Source of the DNA: Nitrospirales bacterium
GTDB taxonomy: Bacteria > Nitrospirota > Nitrospiria > Nitrospirales > UBA8639
Direction of reading: 5' to 3'
DNA: 64,000 nucleotides
NCBI GenBank assembly: GCA_963422365.1
Contig: OY729426.1
Location: forward strand, 2,272,001 to 2,336,000
The translations under genes were made by a program, and so were the position numbers. The notes beneath the pieces are model-generated. The model was not told the origin of the DNA. It was given only the letters and a program-made list of their open reading frames with translations, and searched no databases. This document shows positions 19,423-31,579 of this stretch, in pieces (within the stretch, counting starts at the first letter, position 1; the number at the start of each line of letters is the position of its first letter).

Positions 19423-22400
19423 ATGGCTGATCCACACCCCACTCGGTCTCCGAACCGTCTCATTCACGAGACAAGCCCCTACTTGCTTCAGCACGCCTAC
19501 AATCCCGTGGATTGGTATCCCTGGGGACAAGAAGCTCTTTACCTCGCGAAGGAAAAGGATAAGCCCCTTCTCTTGTCTATTGGTTATTCCGCTTGTCATT
19601 GGTGCCATGTCATGGAGCGAGAATCGTTTGAGAATGACGAGATTGCCACATTAATGAATCACTCCTATGTCTGCATCAAGGTTGACCGTGAAGAACGTCC
19701 GGATCTCGATGAAATTTATATGCAAGCCACCATCGCCATGAATCAGGGGAACGGCGGCTGGCCCATGACGGTCTTTCTGACACCCGACCAACAACCTATC
19801 TTTGCCGGCACATACTTTCCTCCGATTGATAAATGGGGCAGGCTTGGCTTTGGAACGGTTCTCAAAAAGATTGCGGAAGGATGGGAACACGATCGTGCGG
19901 CCATTGTCGAAAGCGCAACTCGTTTTACCGCTCGGCTTCAAACATCCATGCGCGTTCCTGCTCCCACGACGGTGGGACAGCAGGATATTGACTCTGCGAT
20001 AGAGCAATTTTCAGCAGACTTTGACCCGATCTATGGTGGTTTTGGTCAAGCCCCTAAATTCCCACCGGCCACCGGACTGGCTTTTCTCCTTCGGCAATAC
20101 CAACGAACGAAGACGGAACACGTCATTCACATGGTCAGTAAAACATTAGATGCCATGGCCGCTGGCGGCCTGTATGACCATATCGGAGGAGGGTTTGCTC
20201 GATATTCGACGGATGAACGCTGGTTGGTTCCCCACTTTGAAAAAATGCTCTACGACAATGCGTTACTCGCGAAAACGTATCTTGAAGCGTTCCAAGTAAC
20301 CGGCAATCTCAATTACAGGCGGGTGACCTGCGAAATTTTGGATTACATCATTCGAGAAATGACTTCACCTGAAGGCGGCTATTATTCTGCCACCGATGCA
20401 GACTCAGAGGGCGTCGAAGGAAAATTTTTCGTGTGGGATCCGGAACACATTCGGGAAGTCGTCCCATCAGAGCAAGACGCGATCCGGTTTTGCCTATATT
20501 ACGACATTACGTCGGACGGGAATTGGGAACACCATAGCATTCCCAATACTCCGCACCCTCTTGAACAAGTGGCCGAGAAACTCACCTGTTCCCCTGAAGA
20601 ACTTCGACAGACGATTGACCGGGTGAAACCACTCGTCTATCACGCACGGCTGAACCGCGTGCGTCCAGGGTTAGATGACAAAATCATCACGGCCTGGAAC
20701 GGAATGATGATTAGCGCAATGGCCGAGGCCGCACGAGTCTTGAGGCACGACCTTTATTTGGAATCCGCCTGCCGTGCTGCTGATTTTCTGCTCAGCGCAC
20801 TCTCCCGTCCCGATGAAGGCCTGTACCGCACCTATCGTGCCAACAAAGCCCATCTCAATGCGTATCTAGAGGATTATGCCTGTTTTGCAGAAGCCCTCAT
20901 CGATATCTATGAAGCCGGAGGGGAGGAGCGATATCTCAGAGAGGCCATTCGATTAGGCGAACGACTCTTGACCGATTTTCTTGATAAGAACCAAGGCGGA
21001 TTTTTTACAACGGCCAACGATCACGAAGTGCTCATCTTGCGAAGTCGCGAAGGATCTGACGGCGCCACTCCAAGCGGTAACGCCGTGGCGGCCATGGCCT
21101 TGGCTCGACTCTCCTTTCACCAGGACCGTGAAGATTTTCGAGATGCCGCGATGCAAGCCATTCTGGCTTATGGACAACAGATCCATCGCGTGCCAAAGGG
21201 GTTTACCAAGACGGTCATGGCAGCGGACTTCCTGTTGAATGGTCCTTTGGAATTGGCATTCGTTGGATCACCAACCGACCCGGGGTATGACCAGTTGCTT
21301 CAGGAAGTTGCCCATCATTTTGTTCCCCATCGCATGATCGCACACGGCAACCCCAATGTTCTTGAGTCTCAACATCCACTGCTGCGAGGCAAGCATCTTG
21401 TCAAGGGACAAGCCGCCTTATATGTGTGTCGAAACTTTACCTGTCAAACTCCTCTCACAAATCCAAAAGACATCGCGCTGGTTTTAACCAAGACGACTCA
21501 AGGGAGTCAGGGTTCGACATCGCTCACACTGACCGCTCCCAGCATCCCAGGAATGGCAACCGCTAAGGGCACCGCCGCCTATGTGTCTCGGATCTTGACG
21601 CATTCTTCCGCCTCCAGACCCACGGCCCATGGCTATACCACATTAGGGTCCACAGGACTCACCAACTCGAGGATTGGGTTCGGTGGCTACAGAACTGATG
21701 TTGACCAGAAGGACCATCAGGCCGCACTCATGAAAGCCATCCGAGAAGGCTGCAATCTCATTGATACCTCGACAAACTATGCGGATGGCGGCAGCGAACG
21801 CCTGGTGGGGAGCGTACTCAAAGAGTTACTTTCCCAAAAAGAAGTGACTCGCGATAACATGATCGTGGTCTCTAAACTCGGCTATGTCCAAGGAAGAAAT
21901 TTACAACAAGCTCAAACCAGGGAACAAGCTGGCCGCGCCTATCCCGAAATGGTCAAATATGGGAAAGAGATCTGGCATTGCCTCCACCCCGAGTTTCTCG
22001 ATGATCAACTGACGGGCTCCCTCGATCGTCTTGGACTCGCCACGCTGGATGTCTGCCTCTTGCACAACCCTGAATATTTTCTCTCCGACGCAAAACAACG
22101 AACACTCATCGTTGATACCGACACCTTAGTCGAACTGCGCACTGAATTTTATCGACGCCTTCAGCAGGCTTTTGTGTATTTTGAGCACCAAATCGATTCA
22201 GGTCGCATTCAATTTTACGGTGTCTCTTCCAACACGAGTACAGCCCTCCCCGACGATCCTGAAGCGACCTCGCTGTCGCGCATGATCGAAGCTGCCCAGC
22301 GGGCGGCACAGCAGACCGCCAAGCCTCACCATGGTTTTCGAGTGCTTCAATTGCCTATGAATCTTTTTGAATCAGGAGCCCTGCTGACCCCGAATACCGG

Positions 22401-23130
22401 ACAGGACCAAGAGCATACCGTGCTGAAGTTCGCACAAGAACATCACATTGCCATACTTGTGAATAGGCCACTCAATGCCGTGCCCGTTCAACACCGAGGG
22501 ATGCTACGACTGGCCGACCCCCGATATGAACCGGTGGAAACACCCTTTGAGACGCAACATCAGACTGTCGTGGCATCGGAAGAAGCGTTTCGGAAAGAAT
22601 TTGCTCCCCTTATCCCATATGCAGGGAAAGGACTAGAACCTAAAGATTTTTTTTCCTTGGCGGGCGAACTCAGGCACCTGCGATCCCAAATTCACAACCT
22701 CGAGCATTGGGATCAGATCGAATCACAGATGCTTGTACCACATCTCAATCAAGCCCTTCAGGTAGCTACCAAACATCTAAACCCGGAAAGAGCAACAGCC
22801 TGGCAAAATTGGCAAGCCCAGTACATCCCCAACCTGCATAGGTTATTCAAAATCGTGAGACAAGAAGCTGCACAAAAGAGTCAGGAACAACTTCAATCGA
22901 TCACCGCAACGCTGGATCGATTCCTTCCAGAAGATAAACGCAAAGAACCGCTATCACGAAAGGCGCTGTGGAGTTTGACCAGCACACTCGGTGTCACCTG
23001 CGTCCTGAACGGTATCCGTAAATCCGATTACGTTGAAGATTCTTTAACACTCCTTAAATGGAAAGCCTTGCGAAACCCTCAAGAAATTTTCGAGAGCATG
23101 CAATCACAGTCGACTACGGCCAACCGATGA
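19423..23130 (+). CDS. YyaL/DUF255 thioredoxin-domain protein fused to an aldo/keto-reductase-like domain
   Basis: [44 protein letters not shown]; then [27 protein letters not shown]. Confidence 0.9.
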   Translation: MADPHPTRSPNRLIHETSPYLLQHAYNPVDWYPWGQEALYLAKEKDKPLLLSIGYSACHWCHVMERESFENDEIATLMNHSYVCIKVDREERPDLDEIYMQATIAMNQGNGGWPMTVFLTPDQQPIFAGTYFPPIDKWGRLGFGTVLKKIAEGWEHDRAAIVESATRFTARLQTSMRVPAPTTVGQQDIDSAIEQFSADFDPIYGGFGQAPKFPPATGLAFLLRQYQRTKTEHVIHMVSKTLDAMAAGGLYDHIGGGFARYSTDERWLVPHFEKMLYDNALLAKTYLEAFQVTGNLNYRRVTCEILDYIIREMTSPEGGYYSATDADSEGVEGKFFVWDPEHIREVVPSEQDAIRFCLYYDITSDGNWEHHSIPNTPHPLEQVAEKLTCSPEELRQTIDRVKPLVYHARLNRVRPGLDDKIITAWNGMMISAMAEAARVLRHDLYLESACRAADFLLSALSRPDEGLYRTYRANKAHLNAYLEDYACFAEALIDIYEAGGEERYLREAIRLGERLLTDFLDKNQGGFFTTANDHEVLILRSREGSDGATPSGNAVAAMALARLSFHQDREDFRDAAMQAILAYGQQIHRVPKGFTKTVMAADFLLNGPLELAFVGSPTDPGYDQLLQEVAHHFVPHRMIAHGNPNVLESQHPLLRGKHLVKGQAALYVCRNFTCQTPLTNPKDIALVLTKTTQGSQGSTSLTLTAPSIPGMATAKGTAAYVSRILTHSSASRPTAHGYTTLGSTGLTNSRIGFGGYRTDVDQKDHQAALMKAIREGCNLIDTSTNYADGGSERLVGSVLKELLSQKEVTRDNMIVVSKLGYVQGRNLQQAQTREQAGRAYPEMVKYGKEIWHCLHPEFLDDQLTGSLDRLGLATLDVCLLHNPEYFLSDAKQRTLIVDTDTLVELRTEFYRRLQQAFVYFEHQIDSGRIQFYGVSSNTSTALPDDPEATSLSRMIEAAQRAAQQTAKPHHGFRVLQLPMNLFESGALLTPNTGQDQEHTVLKFAQEHHIAILVNRPLNAVPVQHRGMLRLADPRYEPVETPFETQHQTVVASEEAFRKEFAPLIPYAGKGLEPKDFFSLAGELRHLRSQIHNLEHWDQIESQMLVPHLNQALQVATKHLNPERATAWQNWQAQYIPNLHRLFKIVRQEAAQKSQEQLQSITATLDRFLPEDKRKEPLSRKALWSLTSTLGVTCVLNGIRKSDYVEDSLTLLKWKALRNPQEIFESMQSQSTTANR

Positions 23131-23161
23131 CGTCCCATAGTCGATACTTCCATCCAACCCG

Positions 23162-25708
23162 TTACACATTTCGCCCCCAGATTTTCCAAAAACGAGACAC
23201 ATTTTCCCATTCGTGTCCTAGTGAATAGTTACACAACTCGAGAGGCATGGGACGACGATCTTTCGTGCGCTGAATCTGGCTGTCCCCGGAATCCAGCTTC
23301 ACGGAAAGCACAATCGCGCCGTCAGCATCTGTTCGGTAAATTTTCATGTGATTGTGTTCGTAAGCCTGCAAAACGGCTTGGGCTGGATGTCCGTAACGAT
23401 TACCTCGACCAGCAGAAACGACCGCGGTTTCTGCATTGAGCCGTTGAATCCACCATCGATTCAGTGAACTCTTCGCTCCATGATGTGGAATTTTGACAAC
23501 AGTCGCCGCCCTCACCAGTGGATGGTGAATGAACCTCGTCAGGGCTTCAATTTCCGAATCAGCCGTCAGCAAAATCGAGTGCTTCCCACACGTTAAACTG
23601 AGAACCACGGAAAGATTATTCAGTTTGGCTCCCCGAAGGTCGAGAAATGGTCCGGTAGGATCGTTTTCCGCTAATGGTGGGTTCAGAGATATGAGTCGAC
23701 AGGGTCCTTCCTTGATAATTTCTTCTCCTTCCCAGGCAATACGTTCAACAAGTCCCTTCTCCTCAAGCACATCCTGGAGTCGCTGGTAAAAAGACGCCGT
23801 TCGTTGAACCCCATTACTCCAGTAATGACCAATCTCAAAGTTTTTGATGATCCAGGAAAGTCCTCCCACATGATCCAATTGTGGATGAGTCGCAATCACG
23901 TGAGTAATGCGTCGAATGCCTTGATCCCACAAATATGGTCCCACCACCATTCGTCCCATATCCCAACGTTCATAGGCAGTTCCACCGTCAACCAGAATCG
24001 TTTCACCATCAGGAAGTTCAAGCACCGTGGCATCACCTTGACCAACGTCCAGAAACGTCACACGCAACGCGTCATCCTCAAACATGTGTCGTGGCGACCA
24101 CACCCACCACAACAGACAAAAAATCAGCGCACTCACGCTCATGACTCGCAATAGAATTTTCTGACTGAACAACACGACCATGAGACAAAGATAAAATCCT
24201 GCCATGGTAAGTATTGATGGTGATGCAACATGCCATCTGGCACCGGGAATCGTCGCGATCATCCTGACGACAGACGTCAGGCCGTTTAGGATTTCCTGAT
24301 GAACCCAGCTAACAGGCAATTGGTCGAGCCCCCCAAGCAATACGAGAATCGACGCACCGAGCCCTAATGGTACAACCAGTAAGCCAACCAAGGGCACGAC
24401 GAACGCATTGGCAAAAATTCCCAACCAGGCCACTTGGTTAAAATAGTACGCAACGAGTGGAATCGTCCCCACAGTGGCTGCGAGGGTCATCACCATGTAC
24501 TGCTTTCCCCAATTCTTTACTTTGACCATTACGGCTTGAGGCACTTCATCCTCTTCGTCGTCACGTTTACTCCATCGAAACGCCAAAGCCATGGCGAAGA
24601 CGGAAATATACGAGAGTTGAAATGAAAGATCGTAAATCGCCGTCGGGGCAGACAGGGTTGTGACCAACGCGGCTATCCCCAACGCAATGACAATCTGTCG
24701 TTCGTGACCTATCCAAACCGCGAAGAGATATAAGAGGATCATCAGCAATGACCGAACTGTCGCTACATGGGCTCCCGATAGCAGCGTATAAAAAATGACC
24801 ATGGGGATGGTGACCAATACAGCAAGTTGTTTGGGCATCAGGACGCAAGAAAGTTTCTCTAACCATCGAGCCGGCATGCGGCGAGTCATCCCTCTCACGC
24901 CAAAAAACGAGACAAAGGCCAACAACCCCAAATGCGAACCTGAGATGGAAATAATATGGACGGTCCCCGTCGTCATAAAATCGTCACGGACGTTCAGAGG
25001 AATATCATTTTGTTCTCCAACAATCATTCCCAAAAATAAGCCACGGGCCGGCTGCGGGAGCGTTGAGATGACGGCTTGGCGAACTTGATTTCTCCAGCGG
25101 TCAATCTGCAACCACCCCTGTGCTCTGATGTCGAAGATGCCTGGAGGTTGAACCTGTATCCGATTAGGACCCCTTATCATCGCTACCGCATGAATCCCAC
25201 GATCCCGGAGGTACGCACCATAATCAAATCCGCCGGGGTTACGCGTGCCAAAGGGTGGGCGCACTCGAGTACGGACGGTAATTACGTTCCCTCGAAACAC
25301 ATCCACATCCGGTTCACGCCAAGTTAAGCGAAGATTCCCACGAACTCGACGTCTCGTTTCATCCTTCCCAACGGAGTGCACGGCCACGACCATTGTCACT
25401 CGACCGGGACTGTGTTCAACCGGCGTCATCACAACACCAGAGAACGTCACGTCTTGTTGACCGGCTTGGGATAGCAGATCAATGCCATGATTCGTTCCCT
25501 CTTCAAGCAACCAATATCCCATGCCGAACAGAACACAGGCATACAAAATAAGTCCCTGCTTCCTGGAAAAAAGCGCCTGGCCTTCATACCAGGACAACGC
25601 TCCAGCTATGAAGGCCAAGAGGACTACGATGGTGAGAGGAAGAAATAAAAGATAGGACCCAAGAAGGAGCCCGACAAGAAAGGCCGCGATGCTGAACAGA
25701 AATCCCAA
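23162..25708 (-). CDS. comEC: Competence protein ComEC/Rec2
   Basis: RNPGGFDY, HIISISGSH, SFQLSY, FLDVGQGD, THPQLDH, HHG, NRYGHP. Confidence 0.93.
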   Translation of the reverse strand: MGFLFSIAAFLVGLLLGSYLLFLPLTIVVLLAFIAGALSWYEGQALFSRKQGLILYACVLFGMGYWLLEEGTNHGIDLLSQAGQQDVTFSGVVMTPVEHSPGRVTMVVAVHSVGKDETRRRVRGNLRLTWREPDVDVFRGNVITVRTRVRPPFGTRNPGGFDYGAYLRDRGIHAVAMIRGPNRIQVQPPGIFDIRAQGWLQIDRWRNQVRQAVISTLPQPARGLFLGMIVGEQNDIPLNVRDDFMTTGTVHIISISGSHLGLLAFVSFFGVRGMTRRMPARWLEKLSCVLMPKQLAVLVTIPMVIFYTLLSGAHVATVRSLLMILLYLFAVWIGHERQIVIALGIAALVTTLSAPTAIYDLSFQLSYISVFAMALAFRWSKRDDEEDEVPQAVMVKVKNWGKQYMVMTLAATVGTIPLVAYYFNQVAWLGIFANAFVVPLVGLLVVPLGLGASILVLLGGLDQLPVSWVHQEILNGLTSVVRMIATIPGARWHVASPSILTMAGFYLCLMVVLFSQKILLRVMSVSALIFCLLWWVWSPRHMFEDDALRVTFLDVGQGDATVLELPDGETILVDGGTAYERWDMGRMVVGPYLWDQGIRRITHVIATHPQLDHVGGLSWIIKNFEIGHYWSNGVQRTASFYQRLQDVLEEKGLVERIAWEGEEIIKEGPCRLISLNPPLAENDPTGPFLDLRGAKLNNLSVVLSLTCGKHSILLTADSEIEALTRFIHHPLVRAATVVKIPHHGAKSSLNRWWIQRLNAETAVVSAGRGNRYGHPAQAVLQAYEHNHMKIYRTDADGAIVLSVKLDSGDSQIQRTKDRRPMPLELCNYSLGHEWENVSRFWKIWGRNV

Positions 25709-25734
25709 GGAAAAGAAATCAGTCGTCTTGCAAA

Positions 25735-27084
25735 TTATCCAATTGTGGCCTTGACCACCCCAGCTAATTCATCCGCAACTTCTCTGATTGTCGAATCATC
25801 TTGTCCCTCAACCATAACCCGAACCAAAGGCTCGGTTCCAGAATACCGAATCAGTATACGTCCTGTCCCATTCAGCCGTTCTTCGCCTGAACGAATCGCT
25901 TGCTGTAATTCGGGAACAGATCCGAAATCAGGTTTTCGCTTCACCTTGACACCCAACAATACTTGAGGGACGGTGTCTATCCATTTGGTTAGTTCAGAGA
26001 GAGGAGAACCGGACTGCTTGACTAATTTGAGCATTTGCAGACCGGAAACCAGCCCATCGCCGGTTGTACTATAGTCAAGAAACAGGATGTGGCCCGATTG
26101 TTCTCCCCCAAGGTTATAGCTATCAGCTAACATACGCTCGAGGAGATACCGATCTCCAACAGGGGTTCGGACCAGATTGATCCCTGTTTTTTGCATAGCC
26201 AATTCAAACCCGAAATTACTCATGACGGTTCCGACAACGGTATTGCGGTTGAGTCTACCGCGTCGCTGCCGATCCAATGCAAAGGCTGCCAAGGCTTGGT
26301 CTCCGCTCACCACCTCGCCCTGTTCCGTCACAAACACGGCACGATCGGCATCCCCATCTAACGCAATGCCGATATCACCCCGCTGTGCGCAAACGGCCTC
26401 TTGTAATCGCTCTGGGCACAGGGCTCCATACCCTGCATTAATGTTCATGCCATCCGGTTCATCACCAATCACAGAAACTTTCGCACCTAGTTCTCGTACC
26501 ACTTTGGGAAAAACCGAATACCCGGCACCATGCGCGCAGTCGATAACCACCTTCATTCCCTGAAAATCAATCTCGCGCGGCAAAGACCGTTTCACGAATT
26601 CGATATAGCGACCCTCAGCATCATCGATGCGAAACGCCTTTCCGATTTCATCCGCCGTGGGACGAAGATGCTCGATCTCGTTTGACAGGACCACTTCTTC
26701 GATGCGCAATTCTACTTCATCAGAAAGTTTGAAGCCGTCATGTGAAAAAAACTTGATCCCATTATCTTGGTACGGATTGTGGGAGGCCGAAAGCATCACT
26801 CCGGCATCGGCTCGCAGGCTGCGAGTTAAAAACGCGACACCCGGCGAAGGCATCGGTCCTACCAGCAGAACATCAACCCCCATGGAACAAATACCGGAGA
26901 TCAACGCTGATTCCAACATATAGCCGGAAAGACGGGTATCTTTACCAATCACGATTTGATGATGCCCTGCTCGGCCCTTGAACACGTATGCCACGGCTCT
27001 TCCTAGCTTCAGCACCGTTTCACTATTCATAGGCTCTAAATTGGCAATGCCTCTCACTCCATCGGTTCCAAATAACTTCCGCAT
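25735..27084 (-). CDS. glmM: Phosphoglucosamine mutase
   Basis: LFGTDGVRG, SASHNP, DGDADR, GGEQSGH, RYSGTEP. Confidence 0.97.
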   Translation of the reverse strand: MRKLFGTDGVRGIANLEPMNSETVLKLGRAVAYVFKGRAGHHQIVIGKDTRLSGYMLESALISGICSMGVDVLLVGPMPSPGVAFLTRSLRADAGVMLSASHNPYQDNGIKFFSHDGFKLSDEVELRIEEVVLSNEIEHLRPTADEIGKAFRIDDAEGRYIEFVKRSLPREIDFQGMKVVIDCAHGAGYSVFPKVVRELGAKVSVIGDEPDGMNINAGYGALCPERLQEAVCAQRGDIGIALDGDADRAVFVTEQGEVVSGDQALAAFALDRQRRGRLNRNTVVGTVMSNFGFELAMQKTGINLVRTPVGDRYLLERMLADSYNLGGEQSGHILFLDYSTTGDGLVSGLQMLKLVKQSGSPLSELTKWIDTVPQVLLGVKVKRKPDFGSVPELQQAIRSGEERLNGTGRILIRYSGTEPLVRVMVEGQDDSTIREVADELAGVVKATIG

Positions 27085-27109
27085 ATTCCTCCTTGCACGT
27101 TGCCTCCCT

Positions 27110-27961
27110 TTAGGCCCGGGCAATGGCTTCGGACATTCGTATCACTTCACGCATCGCCCCGACATCATGAACACGAACCATCTTTACCCCACTCAAGACC
27201 GCAGCCGTCACGGCTGCAGCAGTCCCCATGATACGCTTTTTGACAGGTGTATCAGTTACCGTTCCGATAAAGGACTTATTCGACACACCGACTAAGAGAG
27301 GACGACCTAACTGCTGAAATGAGCTGAGCCCTTTCAGAAGCGATAAATTTTGTTGTGCATTTTTTGCAAACCCGATTCCCGGATCGATGAGAATTTGCTC
27401 ACGGGCGATTCCGATTTCCTCTGCGTATTTCATACGAGTTCCTAAATAATCCCTTACTTCCTCGACGACATTGTCGTATTGGCAGTACTGCTCCATAGTT
27501 TGGGGCATGCCTCGTTTATGCATCAGGACAAGCCCTGCCCTGGTTCGCGCAATCACGTGACCCATTGGGGGATCGTGTTCCAACGCGCTGATATCGTTGA
27601 TGATCACGGCGCCCCAGCCAATCGCTCGTTCAGCGACTCCAGCCTTGTGGGTATCCACCGATAAAGGAACCGTCGCACATTTTCCGATGACCTCAAGCAC
27701 TGGTTTTAACCGACGGATTTCCTCCCGTTCATCAATCGCCTTTGAACCTGGTCGTGTCGATTCAGCACCGATATCGATCAGATCAGCCCCTTCACCCACC
27801 ATTCGTTCAAAATGGGCCAAGGCACGTTGAGGGTCAAGAAAGTGACCTCCGTCGGAAAAGGAGTCTGGAGTAATATTTAAGATTCCCATCACCAAAACTT
27901 GATGGGAACAGGGAATCCTAACGTGGCACGCTTGAAGATATGAAGAATTCACCTCATTCAT
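27110..27961 (-). CDS. folP: Dihydropteroate synthase
   Basis: MGILNITPDSFSDGG, GAESTRPG, DPGIGF, RVHDV. Confidence 0.96.
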   Translation of the reverse strand: MNEVNSSYLQACHVRIPCSHQVLVMGILNITPDSFSDGGHFLDPQRALAHFERMVGEGADLIDIGAESTRPGSKAIDEREEIRRLKPVLEVIGKCATVPLSVDTHKAGVAERAIGWGAVIINDISALEHDPPMGHVIARTRAGLVLMHKRGMPQTMEQYCQYDNVVEEVRDYLGTRMKYAEEIGIAREQILIDPGIGFAKNAQQNLSLLKGLSSFQQLGRPLLVGVSNKSFIGTVTDTPVKKRIMGTAAAVTAAVLSGVKMVRVHDVGAMREVIRMSEAIARA

Positions 27962-28141
27962 AAAGAGCCCTAAAGAGCCCTGCTCTCAAGGCTCCAGTAA
28001 AAACCAAGGTAAAATCACTCACTATGAAAGTTGGAGACTTTCAGAAAACACGTGCCGAGGAAGAAGACGATCAGGTTCCCTACATTCCAAACGTGTTGAA
28101 TCGGCAAGAATGGTGTAAATCAAGGCCTGATCTCGATTTCG

Positions 28142-29959
28142 TTACACTTGCGCTGGCTCTTGAACAATGGTTCCTTGGTTCATAATTTGGTCAATTTCCA
28201 AAGAGTCCAAGACTTCTTTCTCTAGAAGGGCTTCGGCTAAAGCCCGTAGGGTATGAAGATGTTCAGTAAGCATTCGCTTGGTCCGCTCATAGGCTTCCAC
28301 GATCAACCGTTTCACTTCATAATCGATTTCCAGAGCCACTTGATCGCTAAAGTCTCGACGTGTCGCAATTTCTCGGCCTAGGAAAATTTCCTCATCCTTC
28401 TTGCCAAAGGTCAATGGCCCCAATTTGGCACTCATCCCCCATTCACACACCATTTTTCTGGCGAGTTCGGTAGCCCGTTCAATGTCATTCCCCGCACCGG
28501 TGGTGACATTTTTCAAAATAAGTTCTTCGGCCACACGGCCACCCAGTAAAATCGATAGTGTGTTATATAGGAATTCCTGGGAATAACTATGCCGATCATC
28601 AATGGGGAGCTGCATGGTCATGCCCATCGCACGCCCTCTAGGAATAATCGTCACTTTGTGGACAGGATCGGTGCCCGGCAACAATTTAGCCATGAGTGCG
28701 TGTCCGGCCTCATGATACGCCGTGGTGCGCTTTTCCTCTTCACTCAGGACCATACTCTTACGCTCTGCCCCCATCATGACTTTATCTTTAGCATTTTCAA
28801 AATCGATGAGTTCCACCAATTTCTTGTCCAATCGAGCAGCCCAGAGCGCTGCTTCATTGACAAGATTTTCCAAATCGGCTCCTGAAAAACCAGGCGTTCC
28901 CCTGGCAATCTGCTCAAGGTTCACGTCAGAAGCCACGGGGACCTTCTTGGTGTGTACTTTGAGAATTTCTACGCGCCCCCGGACATCAGGACGATTGACC
29001 ACCACTTGTCGATCAAACCGGCCAGGACGCAACAAGGCAGGATCAAGGACATCAGGACGGTTCGTGGCGGCGACAAGAATCACCCCTTCGGTCGTGTCAA
29101 ACCCATCCATCTCCACGAGAAGTTGATTTAAGGTCTGTTCCCGTTCGTCGTGCCCCCCGCCTAACCCCGCGCCGCGCAATCGTCCAACCGCATCAATTTC
29201 ATCAATGAAAATGATACAGGGAGCATGTTTTTTACCTTGCTCAAACAAGTCACGCACTCGAGACGCTCCGACCCCTACGAACATTTCCACAAAATCCGAG
29301 CCACTAATGCTAAAGAACGGAACACCCGCTTCTCCGGCAATGGCTTTCGCTAACAGAGTTTTTCCTGTTCCGGGCGGGCCCACAATCAAGACCCCTTTGG
29401 GAATTCGCCCACCGAGTTTTTGGAATTTTTGTGGATCTTTTAAAAATTCAATAATTTCAACAACTTCTTCCTTTGCCTCCTCCACACCAGCCACATCGGC
29501 AAAGGTCACTCTTTTCTTTTCCTCCGTAAGAAGACGAGCACGACTCTTTCCAAATGAGAGGGCCCGATTTCCGCCGATTTGCATTTGTCGCATCAGGAAA
29601 AACCATAACCCGAGAAACAAGACAAACGGCCCCCAGGTCACGAGAAACGTAATATACCATGGACTTTCATCTGGCGGCTTGGCTTCGATTTGCACTGATT
29701 GCTCTCTGAGGGCCTTCACCAAATCCGGATATTCAACAGTATACGTCCGAATCCGATTTCCATCTTTCAAAATTGCGCTGATATGACTCTCTTTCATGGT
29801 GACTTTGGAAATTTCCCCACGCTCGAGATGGGCCATAAAGTCACTGAAAATAACTTCTTCTTCTGGCAGCTGGGACGGGACGGTGAAAAGGTTGAACAAC
29901 AGGATCATAAACAGTCCAACCACCACCCAAAAAAGCAAATTTTTCACACGAGAATTCAT
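28142..29959 (-). CDS. ftsH: ATP-dependent zinc metalloprotease FtsH
   Basis: Two TM segments, [29 protein letters not shown]. Confidence 0.98.
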   Translation of the reverse strand: MNSRVKNLLFWVVVGLFMILLFNLFTVPSQLPEEEVIFSDFMAHLERGEISKVTMKESHISAILKDGNRIRTYTVEYPDLVKALREQSVQIEAKPPDESPWYITFLVTWGPFVLFLGLWFFLMRQMQIGGNRALSFGKSRARLLTEEKKRVTFADVAGVEEAKEEVVEIIEFLKDPQKFQKLGGRIPKGVLIVGPPGTGKTLLAKAIAGEAGVPFFSISGSDFVEMFVGVGASRVRDLFEQGKKHAPCIIFIDEIDAVGRLRGAGLGGGHDEREQTLNQLLVEMDGFDTTEGVILVAATNRPDVLDPALLRPGRFDRQVVVNRPDVRGRVEILKVHTKKVPVASDVNLEQIARGTPGFSGADLENLVNEAALWAARLDKKLVELIDFENAKDKVMMGAERKSMVLSEEEKRTTAYHEAGHALMAKLLPGTDPVHKVTIIPRGRAMGMTMQLPIDDRHSYSQEFLYNTLSILLGGRVAEELILKNVTTGAGNDIERATELARKMVCEWGMSAKLGPLTFGKKDEEIFLGREIATRRDFSDQVALEIDYEVKRLIVEAYERTKRMLTEHLHTLRALAEALLEKEVLDSLEIDQIMNQGTIVQEPAQV

Positions 29960-30115
29960 GAAAATGCGTTCCTTCTCTCTCTGAAATTTTCTGAGACGAA
30001 ACAAGACCAGTTCAGGGAAGTTTAGAAATAGTACCATGGGGATACAGCATCTGCAACCGGCTCCCCTTTGCATAACCCCACTAACCGTGCCTTGCGATCT
30101 TGAACGTGGTTGTCC

Positions 30116-31555
30116 TCAGGCCATGTTATTGGCTGCGCAAATCCGGACAACGGCAACATGTCGGGTGTCCTTTGTGATGCGGAATCGATGGTCAGAACGA
30201 TACCCCCCAACCCACAGGATCCCCTCCGGAGCTACGACAAGAGGAACTTTGCTTCGCTCAGATTGGTGAACCTTCGTGTCTGAGAAAAAATCCTGAATTT
30301 TTTTTCGTTGTCCTCTCATCCCATAGGGGAAAAAATAATCGCCTGGCTTCCATGATCGAACGACCAGCTCATGACTAAATTGCTCCGCATCTAAATAGGC
30401 CACGGCAGCATTCCGTTGGATCGAGATGGTCTCCGTATCTTTTATTTTTCCTTCAATGATCTGGCCTGTGACCGGCCAATGGATTGCCCCCGGAAAGGAC
30501 CAGACACAGGACAATGCCTGCTTCAAGTGGCTTGTATGGTCCACAGGAACTTTGACGAATGTCACTCTGTCATATTCTCTCACAACATCCAGGCCGGCAA
30601 AACGAGCAGAGGCACCTGATATTCCGTCAATAACCTGCTGCAAAATAGTATCCACTACCTCAAACCTGAGTGGGCTGGGCTTATGCCACAGGGCTCCCAC
30701 CGTTAATACAATCATTCTCCGTTGAATGGGCACCGGAAAGGTTAAAAATCGTGAGCGGCTCCACACGACGCAATCACTCGTATGACGAACCTTGACCAAT
30801 TCCAGCGATGCCTTCGCAATATTATCTAAATAATGATGTTCCTCACGAAGAATGGCAACTTGACGGGAAAGAATGCTCACAACCCTGGGATTGAACGTCT
30901 GTAACAGGGGTATTAATGCGTGGCGAAGCCGATTCCGCATATACTTCGGGTTTTCATTACTCGAATCAACGCGAAACCCGCACTGTTTTGTCGCAAGATA
31001 CTGCAAAACTTCTGAGCGACTCACCTGAAGAAACGGGCGGATCACACACGGATGTCGCTGAGCCGGCATACCCGATAACCCAGCAAGTCCGGCTCCTCGC
31101 AGCATAGACATCAGCACGGTTTCTGCCTGATCGTCTTGCGTATGGCCGACCGCTACTTTGGTGGCCTCCCACTCCTGAGCAACGGCCCACAACTGTTCAT
31201 ATCTCCTCTCACGCGCAACAGCTTGGACTGACTCCCCTTTTCGTTCTTGGAGAAGTGGTTTCAGATTGATCGGCTTGAAGAACAAGGGAAGACCCAACTG
31301 CTGAGAAAGTTGCTCAACAAACATCGCGTCATCCATGGATTCTTTCTCCCGCAACCCATGCTCAATATGAACCACAGCCAATTCCATCTTCAGTGGGTCC
31401 CGCCAAGCATACAGAACCTGCAAGAGGGCAACAGAATCTGCCCCCCCAGAGACGGCAACGACGACTCGGTCTCCAAGAGACAAGAGACCGAGTCGCCTTA
31501 CGTGTTTCAACAGCTTGTGTTCAAAAGCCAACAGGGCAGGCATCGTCACCACCAA
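30116..31555 (-). CDS. tilS: tRNA(Ile)-lysidine synthetase
   Basis: AVSGGADS, HTQDDQAET, DSSN..Y.RNRLR; C-terminal TilS domain. Confidence 0.95.
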   Translation of the reverse strand: MVVTMPALLAFEHKLLKHVRRLGLLSLGDRVVVAVSGGADSVALLQVLYAWRDPLKMELAVVHIEHGLREKESMDDAMFVEQLSQQLGLPLFFKPINLKPLLQERKGESVQAVARERRYEQLWAVAQEWEATKVAVGHTQDDQAETVLMSMLRGAGLAGLSGMPAQRHPCVIRPFLQVSRSEVLQYLATKQCGFRVDSSNENPKYMRNRLRHALIPLLQTFNPRVVSILSRQVAILREEHHYLDNIAKASLELVKVRHTSDCVVWSRSRFLTFPVPIQRRMIVLTVGALWHKPSPLRFEVVDTILQQVIDGISGASARFAGLDVVREYDRVTFVKVPVDHTSHLKQALSCVWSFPGAIHWPVTGQIIEGKIKDTETISIQRNAAVAYLDAEQFSHELVVRSWKPGDYFFPYGMRGQRKKIQDFFSDTKVHQSERSKVPLVVAPEGILWVGGYRSDHRFRITKDTRHVAVVRICAANNMA

Positions 31556-31579
31556 CGGTGATTCATGGAGAGGCTTGAC

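Noticed and set aside
27961..27980. TAAAGAGCCC x2 upstream of folP
   Set aside because: Short slippage-type duplication with no supporting structure
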